Shown here: one piece after another, positions 10,196 through 20,350 of the stretch
How positions within the stretch are numbered: the stretch's first letter is position 1
How the letters are laid out: the number at the start of each line of letters is the position of its first letter
Source of the DNA: Candidatus Hermodarchaeota archaeon
GTDB taxonomy: Archaea > Asgardarchaeota > Lokiarchaeia > Sigyniarchaeales > SOKP01
Direction of reading: 5' to 3'
Assembly (NCBI GenBank): GCA_048885925.1
Contig: JBHLLG010000001.1
Coordinates: forward strand, 67,105-131,104
Length of the DNA stretch: 64,000 nt
Translations under genes and position numbers: made by a program
Notes under the pieces: generated by a model
What the model saw: only the letters and a program-made list of their open reading frames with translations
Databases searched by the model: none
What the model was told of the DNA's origin: nothing

Positions 10196-11434
10196 TTAAA
10201 GATATTCTTTTTTAATTTTTGATTTTAAAGCGAGAAATACAATTAGAATTCCAAAGATCAGATATAGAAAGTTAATATTGATCATAACTAAAATTCCAAT
10301 TAATGGATATAGAATGGCTTTTATTATTCCAGATATTACATTTATAGTACTTAAAATTGTAGCTCTGTTATTTTCTTTTATCTGTCTATTAATTCCATTT
10401 GTAAATATTATATACCTTGACAATCCTAACCCAATTACTAATAAAAATAGAAATATAATTACTGGAGCAAAGTTTATTATTGCAATTAAAATATATCCTA
10501 TTCCAGGAACAATAGTGTTTACTAAAAGTAATTTTCTTTTATCTGTATCATTACTTGTTAAGTGTGGAATTAAATTTAAAAATGTAAATTGTGAAAGAGT
10601 TAAACCAGCATCGATAAATCCAAAATAGAAGAGAGGAATACTGAATTCAATAAGAATGTAATATTGATAGGTATATACAAGAAAAATTATAATTATTTCA
10701 ATTATTATCTTTTCAAATACTAAAATCTTAAGAATTTTATTCTTCCAAAGTAATTTAAATCCTGAGTTTACAATTTGAGCGCTGCTTTTCTTAGTATCGC
10801 CTACTCCACTAATTTTATGGATAGTAAATGTAATAATTAAACATATTAAATAAGGTATAATCATTAAGAAGACTACCATTCTAATTGATATTAAATTGGC
10901 AATAATGGAACCTAATGGAGCCGACATTACTATCCCTAGTAAAAACATTCCATCATTCCTAGCCATAATTTTCATAATTAGGCTTTCTTTACCAACTTTT
11001 CTAAGATTTTCATATATTATCGCTTCATTGGTTCCAGAAATTAAAGCGTTACTAAACGCAAATAAAGTTTCTCCTACAATAAATAATAATTTGTTTGGAG
11101 CAAATCCATACACAAAGGGAATTAAAAGATACGATATTCCTGCTAATGTAAGCGCAAATTTCTTACTAAAACGATCTGCTATTATACCACATGGAATTTC
11201 GAAGATAATTACTATGATAGCATAATAACTTTGTAATAACATAAATTCAAAAAAGGTGAATCCCCCATAGATTAAATAAAAAGGAATTAAAATGCCTGAA
11301 ATGAGAGAAAATCCTATAAAGAAATTAAAGAAGTATAATTTAATGAGATTTGATTTAAATTTAGATCTTTGAATCTTGTTCTTTTCAATTATTACCAAAT
11401 TTCTTTCAGAATTACTTTCTTGGAACAAGCTCAC
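10196..11434 (-). CDS. MFS transporter
   Basis: EIPCGIIADRFSKK, SGTNEAIIYE, NRATILS; about 12 TM; AGGTGA SD before GTG. Confidence 0.9.
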   Translation of the reverse strand: MSLFQESNSERNLVIIEKNKIQRSKFKSNLIKLYFFNFFIGFSLISGILIPFYLIYGGFTFFEFMLLQSYYAIIVIIFEIPCGIIADRFSKKFALTLAGISYLLIPFVYGFAPNKLLFIVGETLFAFSNALISGTNEAIIYENLRKVGKESLIMKIMARNDGMFLLGIVMSAPLGSIIANLISIRMVVFLMIIPYLICLIITFTIHKISGVGDTKKSSAQIVNSGFKLLWKNKILKILVFEKIIIEIIIIFLVYTYQYYILIEFSIPLFYFGFIDAGLTLSQFTFLNLIPHLTSNDTDKRKLLLVNTIVPGIGYILIAIINFAPVIIFLFLLVIGLGLSRYIIFTNGINRQIKENNRATILSTINVISGIIKAILYPLIGILVMININFLYLIFGILIVFLALKSKIKKEYL

Positions 11435-11646
11435 TTAGATCACCTTTTAACAAATTAAATTTTCCTATTTTATTTATTTACAGTTCTGATTACCTTCTTT
11501 TGGTTATTAAATTAATACAAATATTGATAGAGTGAAATCTCAAGCATTTTGAGATTTACTAGTTATTATAAAATCTTTTTTCTAGACATTATTAATTTTA
11601 ATAATGATAGCAAAAAGTATAAGCCATTGAAATTTGAGGCTTAAAG

Positions 11647-11769
11647 TCATATACTACTCATTTTGGGAGATTTTATATCATCTAACTGAAAATTTATAAC
11701 TCCATGAAAGTTATAATTTTTGTATATTGCCTCAACAGGCAATTCCATACTTGAGAGGTCTTTGATCAT
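11647..11769 (-). CDS. Putative 40-aa small protein / leader peptide
   Basis: AGGTGG SD then ATG; MIKDLSSMELPVEAIYKNYNFHGVINFQLDDIKSPKMSSI*; followed by a hairpin and T-run. Confidence 0.35.
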   Translation of the reverse strand: MIKDLSSMELPVEAIYKNYNFHGVINFQLDDIKSPKMSSI

Positions 11770-12602
11770 ATGAAAATCCACCTAAGTAATACTCTTATAA
11801 TATATTTATTATTAACAATAATATTCCTATATAATATTTAATAAGGGCGCAGATATTTAAATTTTTGTATTCTTATTGATATGTAGAGGCATTTAGCCCT
11901 TAAAGGGCACTTTTAGAATCAATAAATCCGAAAAGAATCCTTTTTATATTTTATAAGTTGGTTAGATTTGTAATTATAATCCTAATTATTTTTAAATTAA
12001 TACAAGCTTTATAATATTGAATTAAATCCATAAAGACTTCTTAAAATCGCAATAAAATTTTTAGATTTAACTAAAAATCTTCGAGATTAGGAGTTTGGCT
12101 CTAATCCTAATTATCATGGAGTTAAAGTCAAAATTCCAATACTTGTGATATAAAAGTGAAAAAAATAAATGGAAGAAATTCATGTACTAAAATTAAAGAT
12201 AATTCTAGCATTTCGAATCATTTATTTTTTCATAATTAAGAAATTCTACATTAACTCTGAATCAATAGTTTAAGAGAAAACAAAATGAATTTTGAATAAC
12301 CTTCAAAAAAATAAATACTTCTTCTCACTCATTTCATTATAAATTTTCAACTAATCGCTTACTACATAATAAAAAAGTTAGATTATTAATTAAATTCCAT
12401 CAATAAGTGAGAAATTGTATCTATATTCATAATTGAAAGATTATATGAATCTTGAATTGAGTTTTCAGATAAAATTGTCAGATCTAATTTTTTTATTTTG
12501 ATATTTATTAGAATTTTTAATGTAGCAATAATTGATTCTAAATATAATTCGAATTTAATCATTATTCAAATGGGGAGAACATAAATTCGATCAAGTAAAT
12601 TA

Positions 12603-13445
12603 ATGTCTTTAGAAGAAGCTATATCTACTTATGTTCAAAATGGAGACTTGGTTGGTATTGGTGGACTATCTTTTTGGAGAAAATCAATTAGTGCTTGTAG
12701 AGAAATTATAAGGCAAAATAAAAAAGACTTAGCAATTTGTACTTTTGTGGGTGGATTTGAAGTTGATATGTTAATCGCAGGAAGATGCGTCTCTGAAGTG
12801 AGATCTTGTTTTGTTGGAATGGAAATTTTTGGTATGGCTCCACATTATCGAAAAGCTGTTGAATCTGGTTCGATTAAAATATCTGAAGAAAGCGAAGCGA
12901 CTATTGCTTTAGGGTTAAGAGCATCCTATTTAAAAGTACCTTTCATGCCCTTAAAAGGTCTTATCGGGACAGATATGCCAAAAGTTAGAAATGATATTAA
13001 GCAAATTGAAGATCCTCTTGGTTCGGGAACTCAAGTAATGGTAGTGCCTAAGATAGATTTAGATGTAGCAATAATTCATGTACCCTATGCAGATGAATTT
13101 GGTAATGGTAATATTACTGGTGCTGTATGGATGGATGCGGATATGGGAAAAACTGCGAAAAAAACAATTATAACATGTGAAAAATTAGTGGAAACAGAAG
13201 ACATTCGCTATTTACCAGGGAAGGCACAATTACCTTTACAAACTACTAGTGCTGTTGTTAAATTACCCTTTGGAGCTCACCCAACTTCATGTTTTCCTAT
13301 TTATACATTTGATCCACTTCATATTCAATGTTATTTAAAATCTAATTTTGAAGATTATAGAAAAAAGTTCATAACAAATAAAACAGATATTCAATATCTG
13401 GAAGAAAGTGGTGGAATACAAACAATATTTAACGTTTTATTATAG
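12603..13445 (+). CDS. CoA-transferase subunit A (glutaconate CoA-transferase GctA-like)
   Basis: MSLEEAI..GDLVGIGG, LGLRA..VPFMP, DVAIIHV..ADEFGN, LPFGAHPTSC. Confidence 0.88.
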   Translation: MSLEEAISTYVQNGDLVGIGGLSFWRKSISACREIIRQNKKDLAICTFVGGFEVDMLIAGRCVSEVRSCFVGMEIFGMAPHYRKAVESGSIKISEESEATIALGLRASYLKVPFMPLKGLIGTDMPKVRNDIKQIEDPLGSGTQVMVVPKIDLDVAIIHVPYADEFGNGNITGAVWMDADMGKTAKKTIITCEKLVETEDIRYLPGKAQLPLQTTSAVVKLPFGAHPTSCFPIYTFDPLHIQCYLKSNFEDYRKKFITNKTDIQYLEESGGIQTIFNVLL

Positions 13446-13457
13446 GAGGAGAACATA

Positions 13458-14336
13458 ATGAGTGAACAATCAAAGGATTATACTATAGATGAAATGATGA
13501 CTATTTTAATGGCTCGAGAAGTTAAAAATGATGATGTTATGATAGTTGGTGTTGCAACTCCTATGGTTTGGGCTGCATTTACTTTAGCAAAATTAACTCA
13601 TGCACCTGATGCAATATATCATTATATTATGGGAAACACTTTCGTGATGGAACCACGCCGAGTTTCTTTATTATATCTTGAAATGAATACCGCAAGAGCT
13701 TATCGATTTCAGGATAGTGTGGAATGTACATTAGAATCCCTCCCTTCTGATAAGTTGACTACCATTGAATTTTTTAGACCCGCTCAAATTGATCAATATG
13801 GGAATAGTAATAATATCTGCATAGGAGATTGGAATAAACCAAAAATTAGACTTCCTGGAGCTGCGGGAATACTTGATTTCAGTATGTTTTATGCTCGTGG
13901 ATCTTTCCTTTATACGCCTAGACATGATAAAAGGACCTTTGTACCAACTGAAAAACTTGATTTTATATCGGGAGTAGGGTTCCCAGAAGGTAAACCTTCT
14001 ATATGTGGAGGGGCTGGTCCTCAATGCGTAATTACTAACTTAGCATATTTGGATTTTGAAAATAAAAGAAAAATAATGAGGTTAAAAACAATTCATCCTA
14101 GTATTAACCTTGAAACTATAAAAGAATCTACGGGATTTGAACTAATTATCCCAGATAGACTTAATCAGACTGCACCTCCTACAGTAAAAGAAATCAAACT
14201 ATTAAGAGAAAAAGTAGATCCCCTAGAAATAAGAAAGTTAGAAGTCCTTGCTGGCAAAGAACGGGAAGAATTATTAAGTTATGTTATAGAAAAAGAATTA
14301 GCAATGGAAAATAGATTTCCTAAATTATTATTATAG
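13458..14336 (+). CDS. CoA-transferase subunit B (GctB-like)
   Basis: AQIDQYGNSN, PKIRLPGAAG, VITNLA, STGFEL, PPT..E..LLREKVDP. Confidence 0.88.
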   Translation: MSEQSKDYTIDEMMTILMAREVKNDDVMIVGVATPMVWAAFTLAKLTHAPDAIYHYIMGNTFVMEPRRVSLLYLEMNTARAYRFQDSVECTLESLPSDKLTTIEFFRPAQIDQYGNSNNICIGDWNKPKIRLPGAAGILDFSMFYARGSFLYTPRHDKRTFVPTEKLDFISGVGFPEGKPSICGGAGPQCVITNLAYLDFENKRKIMRLKTIHPSINLETIKESTGFELIIPDRLNQTAPPTVKEIKLLREKVDPLEIRKLEVLAGKEREELLSYVIEKELAMENRFPKLLL

Positions 14337-14420
14337 CTAATAAAACTTAAAATAGCTTTTACAATAAGATTGTGTTAAAAATTAGAAGTTTTAAAAAAGA
14401 TTTTATTATTGTTAATTTTA

Positions 14421-14454
14421 TTTACTATAAAACAAAATAATGTACTATAGTAAA
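14421..14454. promoter_or_regulatory. Inverted repeat / candidate operator upstream of the AbrB-ligase fusion
   Basis: TTTACTATA (14421-14429) and TATAGTAAA (14446-14454); palindrome TACTATAGTA at 14443-14452. Confidence 0.3.
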
Positions 14455-14474
14455 CATATTTTTAATTAATTGTT

Positions 14475-16289
14475 ATGAAAACAGCAAAAGGTAGAATTTC
14501 AGAAAAGAAATCAGGTAATCGTGGATATAAAAGCTGTTGGGTTTACATTCCAAGTAGTATATCTAAAAATGATTATTTTCCATTTAAGGATAAGGAAGTA
14601 GTCTCAATAGAGTTGAATGGAGATCAATTAATAATTAGTAAAAATTATGATCTTTATCAAATAACGAAAAGATATGGTTTAGATGACGCAACCTTGTCAA
14701 ATTTAGTAGAAAAAAAAGCATTTATTAATAAAGATCTGCCTTTTATTTACTTTGAAGATGAGCTTTTTTCTTATTCTGACACAAATAAAAATTCGAACAA
14801 GATTGCTAATGGACTTTTAAATTTAATTAGTAAGTTAAAATTAAATAACCCAAAAATAGCACTATTACTCCCAAATTGTCCTGATTTTATTTTTTGTTGG
14901 CTTGGTATAGCAAAAACTAGAAGCGTGCTAGTAGCAATAAATTATTTATTGTCAGAAGGTAGTTTGGAGTATATTTTGAAAAAAAGTAATACAGAGATAT
15001 TAATAATTGATTATAATTATCTTCCTAAAATTCAAAAAATTTATACTAAACTAACACAGATAAAGAAAATTATTATTTATCATCCTCCGAGTGATTTTAA
15101 ATTTAAGGATAATTTTATTGATTTTCAAGAGATTTTATTTGATAATGATAAAAATCCTTATATCAATATTCAAAATTTTAATCCATTAGAAATCTGCTAT
15201 ACTTCAGGTGCTACAGGAAAACCTAAGTGTGTTTTGTATAGGAATTATTTTACCTTATCAGGAATAAGTATAGGAAGTGAATTGGAAGATATTGGTTTCA
15301 GTCGAATTTCTCAGAAAATATATTGTTCTTTACCTCTAGCTCACACTTTTACACGTTATTTAGCAATAATCCCTGCATTATATTATAATGGTTCGATAAT
15401 AATAGCTAAAGAATTTAATAAATCAATATTTTGGGATGATATTAATAGATATAAGCCAGATTCCTTTATCTATAACGGTAAATTTTTATTAGCTTTAGTT
15501 AATCAACAACCAAGGAATTCAGATAGAAAACATTCGTTAAAATATGCCTTTGGATTTGGTGCTTTAAAATCAGTATGGGAAGCATTTGAAAGAAGATTCG
15601 GTTTACCAATTTTCGAAGTATGGGCAGTAGTAGAAGGGATAGGAATTACAATGAATACAATAGGTTCTAAAGGAGGCAAAATTGGTTCTATAGGAAAACC
15701 AGTGAAGGGTTATGAGTTAAAAATTGTTGATACCAATGGAAGAGAATTACCTCCAGGAAGAAATAATATTGGTGAAATTGTATCAAGGACAAAGCTTCCT
15801 TTTGAATTAGAATATTACAATTTACAAGAATTAATATCCATGAAAATAACCCAAAACAGATGGGTTCACACTGGTGATTTCGGTTATAAAGATAATGAAG
15901 ATTTTATCTACTATCTAGGTAGACAAATAGATATGATTCTTAGAGGGGATGAAACTTTTTTTTCAACAGATATTGAAAAAATAGCCGATTCACACCCAGG
16001 AGTCGCTGAATGTGCTGCATTTGAAGTATCTATTGAAAATTCAACAAAAAAGGAGATAAAAATATGTGTTGTGGTCAAAGAAGATATGGAATTGAAGTAT
16101 AATGACTTCCATTACTACCTTAAGGAGAATTTGGCATACTTTATGGTCCCAAGGTTTATAGAATTTAAAGAAGAATTACCAAAAAATCTGAATGAATTAG
16201 TTCAAAAATTTATTTTAAAAGAAGAATGGGAAGACAAAAGTTTAAGAAAAAATACTTTTGACACTATTGAGCAAAAATTTTTAGATTAA
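14475..16289 (+). CDS. AbrB/SpoVT-like DNA-binding domain fused to a CaiC-like AMP-binding (acyl-CoA ligase) domain with degenerate motifs
   Basis: N-terminal WVYIPSSI..FPFKDKEVVSIEL..LIISK; YTSGATGKPK, HTGD, LAYFMVPRFIEF. Confidence 0.8.
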   Translation: MKTAKGRISEKKSGNRGYKSCWVYIPSSISKNDYFPFKDKEVVSIELNGDQLIISKNYDLYQITKRYGLDDATLSNLVEKKAFINKDLPFIYFEDELFSYSDTNKNSNKIANGLLNLISKLKLNNPKIALLLPNCPDFIFCWLGIAKTRSVLVAINYLLSEGSLEYILKKSNTEILIIDYNYLPKIQKIYTKLTQIKKIIIYHPPSDFKFKDNFIDFQEILFDNDKNPYINIQNFNPLEICYTSGATGKPKCVLYRNYFTLSGISIGSELEDIGFSRISQKIYCSLPLAHTFTRYLAIIPALYYNGSIIIAKEFNKSIFWDDINRYKPDSFIYNGKFLLALVNQQPRNSDRKHSLKYAFGFGALKSVWEAFERRFGLPIFEVWAVVEGIGITMNTIGSKGGKIGSIGKPVKGYELKIVDTNGRELPPGRNNIGEIVSRTKLPFELEYYNLQELISMKITQNRWVHTGDFGYKDNEDFIYYLGRQIDMILRGDETFFSTDIEKIADSHPGVAECAAFEVSIENSTKKEIKICVVVKEDMELKYNDFHYYLKENLAYFMVPRFIEFKEELPKNLNELVQKFILKEEWEDKSLRKNTFDTIEQKFLD

Positions 16290-16327
16290 GGATACAAAAA
16301 ACCACAATAAATATAATTACTATGAGA

Positions 16328-17074
16328 TCAATTTGTTATGCTTTCTATATTGGGGTATAATTCTATCTTTCGACCTTTTTCTTTAAGATAGATTAAATCA
16401 TTCTCTGATAATTTATCAATATGATATTTTATTGTGTTGCGTGATAGGTTTAGAATTCGAGAGATTTTAGAAGAATTAATTCCAGGATTTTTTTGAATAA
16501 TTTCTAAAACTTTTTCAGTTGTCTCTGACTTTGTGGGTAAATTCTTGAAATGTTCAATTGATTCAATAGAGGAAGTAATTGGAAAATATATTGTATATTG
16601 GCCATAGTTTTCTTTTTTTATAATATGGTTCTTCAATAAGACATCTAAATGCCATTGTAATTGTCCTTTCTGTAAATCGCAATTTCGCAATAATTCATTT
16701 TGATGTATTCCAGGATTTTTAAGAATTTCTCTTAATATATTCAAACGATTTTCATTTTCAAATATATCAGTAAGAGTTAAATAAGAACTTCCTTTTTTTA
16801 TAAAGGGTCTTTTTATAATATATCCTCTATACTCTTTTAAAGTAAGTACTTCAAAAACAGTAATTAAAGAAATGATTGTGATTAAAATACAAATAATAAT
16901 TACTTCTATAGAAAAAATTCTTTCACGACCAAATACATCATCTTTGAAAGTTATAACTTGATATAGAATAACCGAGAGTAAGATAAGAGAAAAGATTATC
17001 AGTAAAAATTTCATTCCAAAAATTAAATAAAATTTTTTAACTCCCATTTTGCTCATTAGTTTTTTTATAACCAT
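16328..17074 (-). CDS. Membrane-anchored tandem winged-HTH (ArsR/MarR-like) transcriptional regulator
   Basis: Two N-terminal TM helices; ENENR..I..NPGIH.NEL..WHL and NPGI..S.ISR.L.LSRNTIKYHI repeats. Confidence 0.85.
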   Translation of the reverse strand: MVIKKLMSKMGVKKFYLIFGMKFLLIIFSLILLSVILYQVITFKDDVFGRERIFSIEVIIICILITIISLITVFEVLTLKEYRGYIIKRPFIKKGSSYLTLTDIFENENRLNILREILKNPGIHQNELLRNCDLQKGQLQWHLDVLLKNHIIKKENYGQYTIYFPITSSIESIEHFKNLPTKSETTEKVLEIIQKNPGINSSKISRILNLSRNTIKYHIDKLSENDLIYLKEKGRKIELYPNIESITN

Positions 17075-17083
17075 TAAATAGTA

Positions 17084-17674
17084 TTATTTTTCAGTTTTAT
17101 TTCTTTTTACCTTTAAAAAAGGAAACATAAAAGGTACATTATCAACATAATCTAAGAATTTATCTCCATATTTAGCTTTTAAGGCATACTCTTCTATCTT
17201 AGCTAATATTATGTAAGCTAAAACTTCGCCAATCCAGATATAAAATATGATGGTATACCCATTAATATTAAATGGATCAAAATTGACAATGGGATACGTT
17301 TGAAATACCACCAAAGTTAATCCAAATGTCATAAGAATGAAGGCCATATATTGAGGATGTCTGACATATTTGTATGGTCCTTTTTGAATTAATTGTTTTC
17401 TATGAATTAATTGATAGATTAATGAGTAGAAAAATAAAATGAATCCAAATATAACAAAATAGATTCCATGAGTATTAACCAAAAACAGAATATCATATTT
17501 TAGAATTCCAGGATTTTGAAAGTAGTAGCCTAAATAAGTTAAAAATGGTACGCTCATTATTCCATGCCAAATTGCCGTACAAGGTACATATTGAAAAATT
17601 GGTACTAAAAACGAAGAAATACTTGTAGAAATAGAAGTAATTTTACTTTTAATCTTCTGCTTATTAGGATTCAT
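17084..17674 (-). CDS. Isoprenylcysteine carboxylmethyltransferase/PEMT family membrane protein
   Basis: LIQKGPYKYVRHPQY, EE..L..KYGD.F..Y..VP. Confidence 0.85.
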   Translation of the reverse strand: MNPNKQKIKSKITSISTSISSFLVPIFQYVPCTAIWHGIMSVPFLTYLGYYFQNPGILKYDILFLVNTHGIYFVIFGFILFFYSLIYQLIHRKQLIQKGPYKYVRHPQYMAFILMTFGLTLVVFQTYPIVNFDPFNINGYTIIFYIWIGEVLAYIILAKIEEYALKAKYGDKFLDYVDNVPFMFPFLKVKRNKTEK

Positions 17675-17736
17675 TATCGCTATCTTTTACTTTTTAACTC
17701 TCGTTATAAAATAAGAAAAAAATCTATAAATAAAGA

Positions 17737-17758
17737 TTTAAGGTGCACTTTTCGAACA
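17737..17758 (-). promoter_or_regulatory. Conserved 22-bp upstream motif, copy 1
   Basis: + strand TTTAAGGTGCACTTTTCGAACA, 63 bp upstream of the start at 17674; 20/22 identical to 19430-19451. Confidence 0.6.
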
Positions 17759-17763
17759 ATTTA

Positions 17764-19371
17764 TTATAGAGGAATAGAAAACTCTGAGGATCCATCATGA
17801 AAGTTTTGATCTATCAATGGTGGTTTCTTCTTCATTACTTTCCTTAATGTAATTAAAGTTGTAATTAGTAATATAATTAAAATTTCGTAGAATATTAAAT
17901 TTGGAATAATATTTTCTTTAGTTATATTTTTAATGGTAATCTCAATATATATAAATGGCCCAACTCCATTTTCGGAGGGTAAAGGTGGCGTTTGGTTGAA
18001 TATATAACTGGTTATGATATACGCTTCATCAATTTCAGAACCAATGAATTTTTCATTAATTAATGTATTCCCCTCATTACTCAGGTTCTGATATACATGC
18101 CAACCCATAGTATCATGAAAAGCAATAGAGAAACCTATTGTATTATTTTGATCTTTTTTAATCTCTAAGGCAAAATTATTTGGAAGTGATTTAATTTTGT
18201 GAACATGAAAGCCATAGTAATGAAGCTTAACTTTATCTTTAATGAGTGGAAAATTAACAGAAGTGTAATTAGTAACACGAGCATCTAGATTTTCAAAACC
18301 ATAGAGGTTGTTCATAAAACCAATCTCATCTAAAGTTAATGCTGTAATCCAATTCAAATATAATTCATTGAATGAGATATCATTACCTGTACTATATAAA
18401 ACATTTTCAATCCCATAAGCTCCATCAGCAGGTTCCATTATTAAATTTCGAAGAACCTCTAATCCATAATGTTCAGCAATATAGAACGCAAACAAATAAG
18501 CACTTCCATAATCAATAGAATTTAACATATTCCAATAGAGAAGAGAATCTCCAGGATGACTAAGAAAGAGTTTTGTCTGTGGACTAAGGTTGTTATATGG
18601 AGTTAAATAATTTGCATAGAAAACTGCATATTCCGCTAAAGCTTCAAGAGTAAAATGAGGTTCATCCATTTCATTGTTAAACCAAATAAGATGATGAAAC
18701 TCATGGGCAATCGTTGGTATCCATGTCTTATAATAGATGTGGAACATCTCGCAGAGGTTAGAATATTCTAACTCTAACTCATTTCTCTGATCATAATAAC
18801 TTATGGGGTTACTTGAAAGTAAAATTATAATTCTTGGATCACCATCTATATCACCTAAAGTTCCATTGGGATGTCCAGCTAAATTAATAATCCTGGGATA
18901 AATTATATTGTCGAATTCATCACAAATATCTTCCGCTTTTTTAATTGCAGCATATTCTCCTATTTCTGCTATACAATAATCTTCCATATATATATAGCAA
19001 TTCTCTCCTACTGAGATTAATGTAGCATTCATTTTATAATATGACCAATCATTAAAGTCCCACATCCAAAAAGCTCGTTGATTGTACTTAATAAAAAAAG
19101 TTTTATTTAGAATTGAATCTTGAACTTTTATGTAAGGTTCATATAGAAAATCAGGTTGAGGAATGATATAATATTGTGAAGTATCATTCATTTTTGGGGA
19201 GATTTTAAAGTTTGTTGGTTCCAATTCTTGGTTTATTTGAGAATTTTGAGAAGATATATTTCTCGTGAAAATACAATTTGAAGTGAAGATACATGAGACC
19301 AAAAAAAAGAGGAGACCTAAATTAACAATATAATGCTTTTTAGAATGCAGTATAGTAGAGTTTAATTTCAT
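17764..19371 (-). CDS. Secreted, membrane-anchored zinc metalloprotease (M30/hyicolysin-like)
   Basis: N-terminal hydrophobic signal, GDIDGDPRI, AHEFHHLI (HExxH) with downstream E in TLEALAE, DYG, C-terminal TM. Confidence 0.8.
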   Translation of the reverse strand: MKLNSTILHSKKHYIVNLGLLFFLVSCIFTSNCIFTRNISSQNSQINQELEPTNFKISPKMNDTSQYYIIPQPDFLYEPYIKVQDSILNKTFFIKYNQRAFWMWDFNDWSYYKMNATLISVGENCYIYMEDYCIAEIGEYAAIKKAEDICDEFDNIIYPRIINLAGHPNGTLGDIDGDPRIIILLSSNPISYYDQRNELELEYSNLCEMFHIYYKTWIPTIAHEFHHLIWFNNEMDEPHFTLEALAEYAVFYANYLTPYNNLSPQTKLFLSHPGDSLLYWNMLNSIDYGSAYLFAFYIAEHYGLEVLRNLIMEPADGAYGIENVLYSTGNDISFNELYLNWITALTLDEIGFMNNLYGFENLDARVTNYTSVNFPLIKDKVKLHYYGFHVHKIKSLPNNFALEIKKDQNNTIGFSIAFHDTMGWHVYQNLSNEGNTLINEKFIGSEIDEAYIITSYIFNQTPPLPSENGVGPFIYIEITIKNITKENIIPNLIFYEILIILLITTLITLRKVMKKKPPLIDQNFHDGSSEFSIPL

Positions 19372-19429
19372 GTTTAATTCGTAGAACTACTTTTTTATAG
19401 CTATTATCTAAAAAAATTTTAATATAAGC

Positions 19430-19451
19430 TTTAAGGTGCACTTATAGAACA
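19430..19451 (-). promoter_or_regulatory. Conserved 22-bp upstream motif, copy 2
   Basis: + strand TTTAAGGTGCACTTATAGAACA, 59 bp upstream of the start at 19371. Confidence 0.6.
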
Positions 19452-19509
19452 TTTTAAAAATTCTAAGGTAGTTACAATATTAATAAAAAACATATTATAA
19501 AGAGTTATT

Positions 19510-20295
19510 ATGCCGAAAGAAAAGGTTAAAGATATTGAAATGTATTATGAATTGTCCGGAGAAGGTGAAAATTTACTTCTTATCCATGGTTTAGGTTCAA
19601 GTACACGCGATTGGGAATTCCAAGTTCCTAAATTTTCTCAAAACTATCAAGTTATTACTATTGATCTTCGAGGTCATGGAAAAACAGATAAACCTAAAGG
19701 ACCTTATACAATGGAAATATTTGCTGAAGATATTGCGGAATTACTAAAAAAATTAGGTATAAAATCAATACATGTTTTAGGGATCTCCATAGGAGGAGGT
19801 ATTGCTTTTCAGTTTGCTGTTAATTATCCTGATTTAGTAAAAAGCCTAATAGTCGTAAACGCTGGTATTGAAATACCCATGGATTCATTTAAGATGAAAT
19901 TAGAGGCTTTTAAACGTACATTTATAGTAAAATTAGTAGGAATGAAAAAGATGGGTAAGGTTCTTGCAACTAGATTATTCATTAAACCTGAACAAGAGGA
20001 ATTACGGGAAAAATTAATTGAAAGGTGGTCAGAAAATGATAAAAAAGCTTATCTTTCATCAATGCGGGCCTTAATTGGATGGAGTATCCGTGATAAACTT
20101 GATAAAATTACCTTTCCAACACTAATCATTGGATCAGACGAAGATTATGCACCATCCTCTGTTAAAAAAGAATATACAGCATTACTTCGCAATGCGAGGT
20201 TTATTGAGATCGAAGACGCTAGACATGCTGTTCCATTTGAGAAACCTGAAGAATTTAATGAAATCGTCATGAAATTTTTATTAGAACAATCTTAA
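19510..20295 (+). CDS. Alpha/beta hydrolase (3-oxoadipate enol-lactonase-like)
   Basis: LIHGLG, DLRGHG, GISIGG nucleophile elbow, catalytic D and H positions. Confidence 0.9.
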   Translation: MPKEKVKDIEMYYELSGEGENLLLIHGLGSSTRDWEFQVPKFSQNYQVITIDLRGHGKTDKPKGPYTMEIFAEDIAELLKKLGIKSIHVLGISIGGGIAFQFAVNYPDLVKSLIVVNAGIEIPMDSFKMKLEAFKRTFIVKLVGMKKMGKVLATRLFIKPEQEELREKLIERWSENDKKAYLSSMRALIGWSIRDKLDKITFPTLIIGSDEDYAPSSVKKEYTALLRNARFIEIEDARHAVPFEKPEEFNEIVMKFLLEQS

Positions 20296-20350
20296 ATGCT
20301 AAATTTAATAATTTAATTTTGATCTATATATATTTATGTGAGAATTTAAG

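Noticed and set aside
11930-12560. Long intergenic stretch with a VKIPILVI-like fragment suggesting a hydrolase pseudogene
   Set aside because: Match is only a few residues between stop codons; insufficient evidence
17737-19451. The two 22-bp direct repeats as att sites or target duplication around the protease gene
   Set aside because: No integrase or transposase in the window, and the equal spacing to start codons fits a promoter element better; not fully excluded
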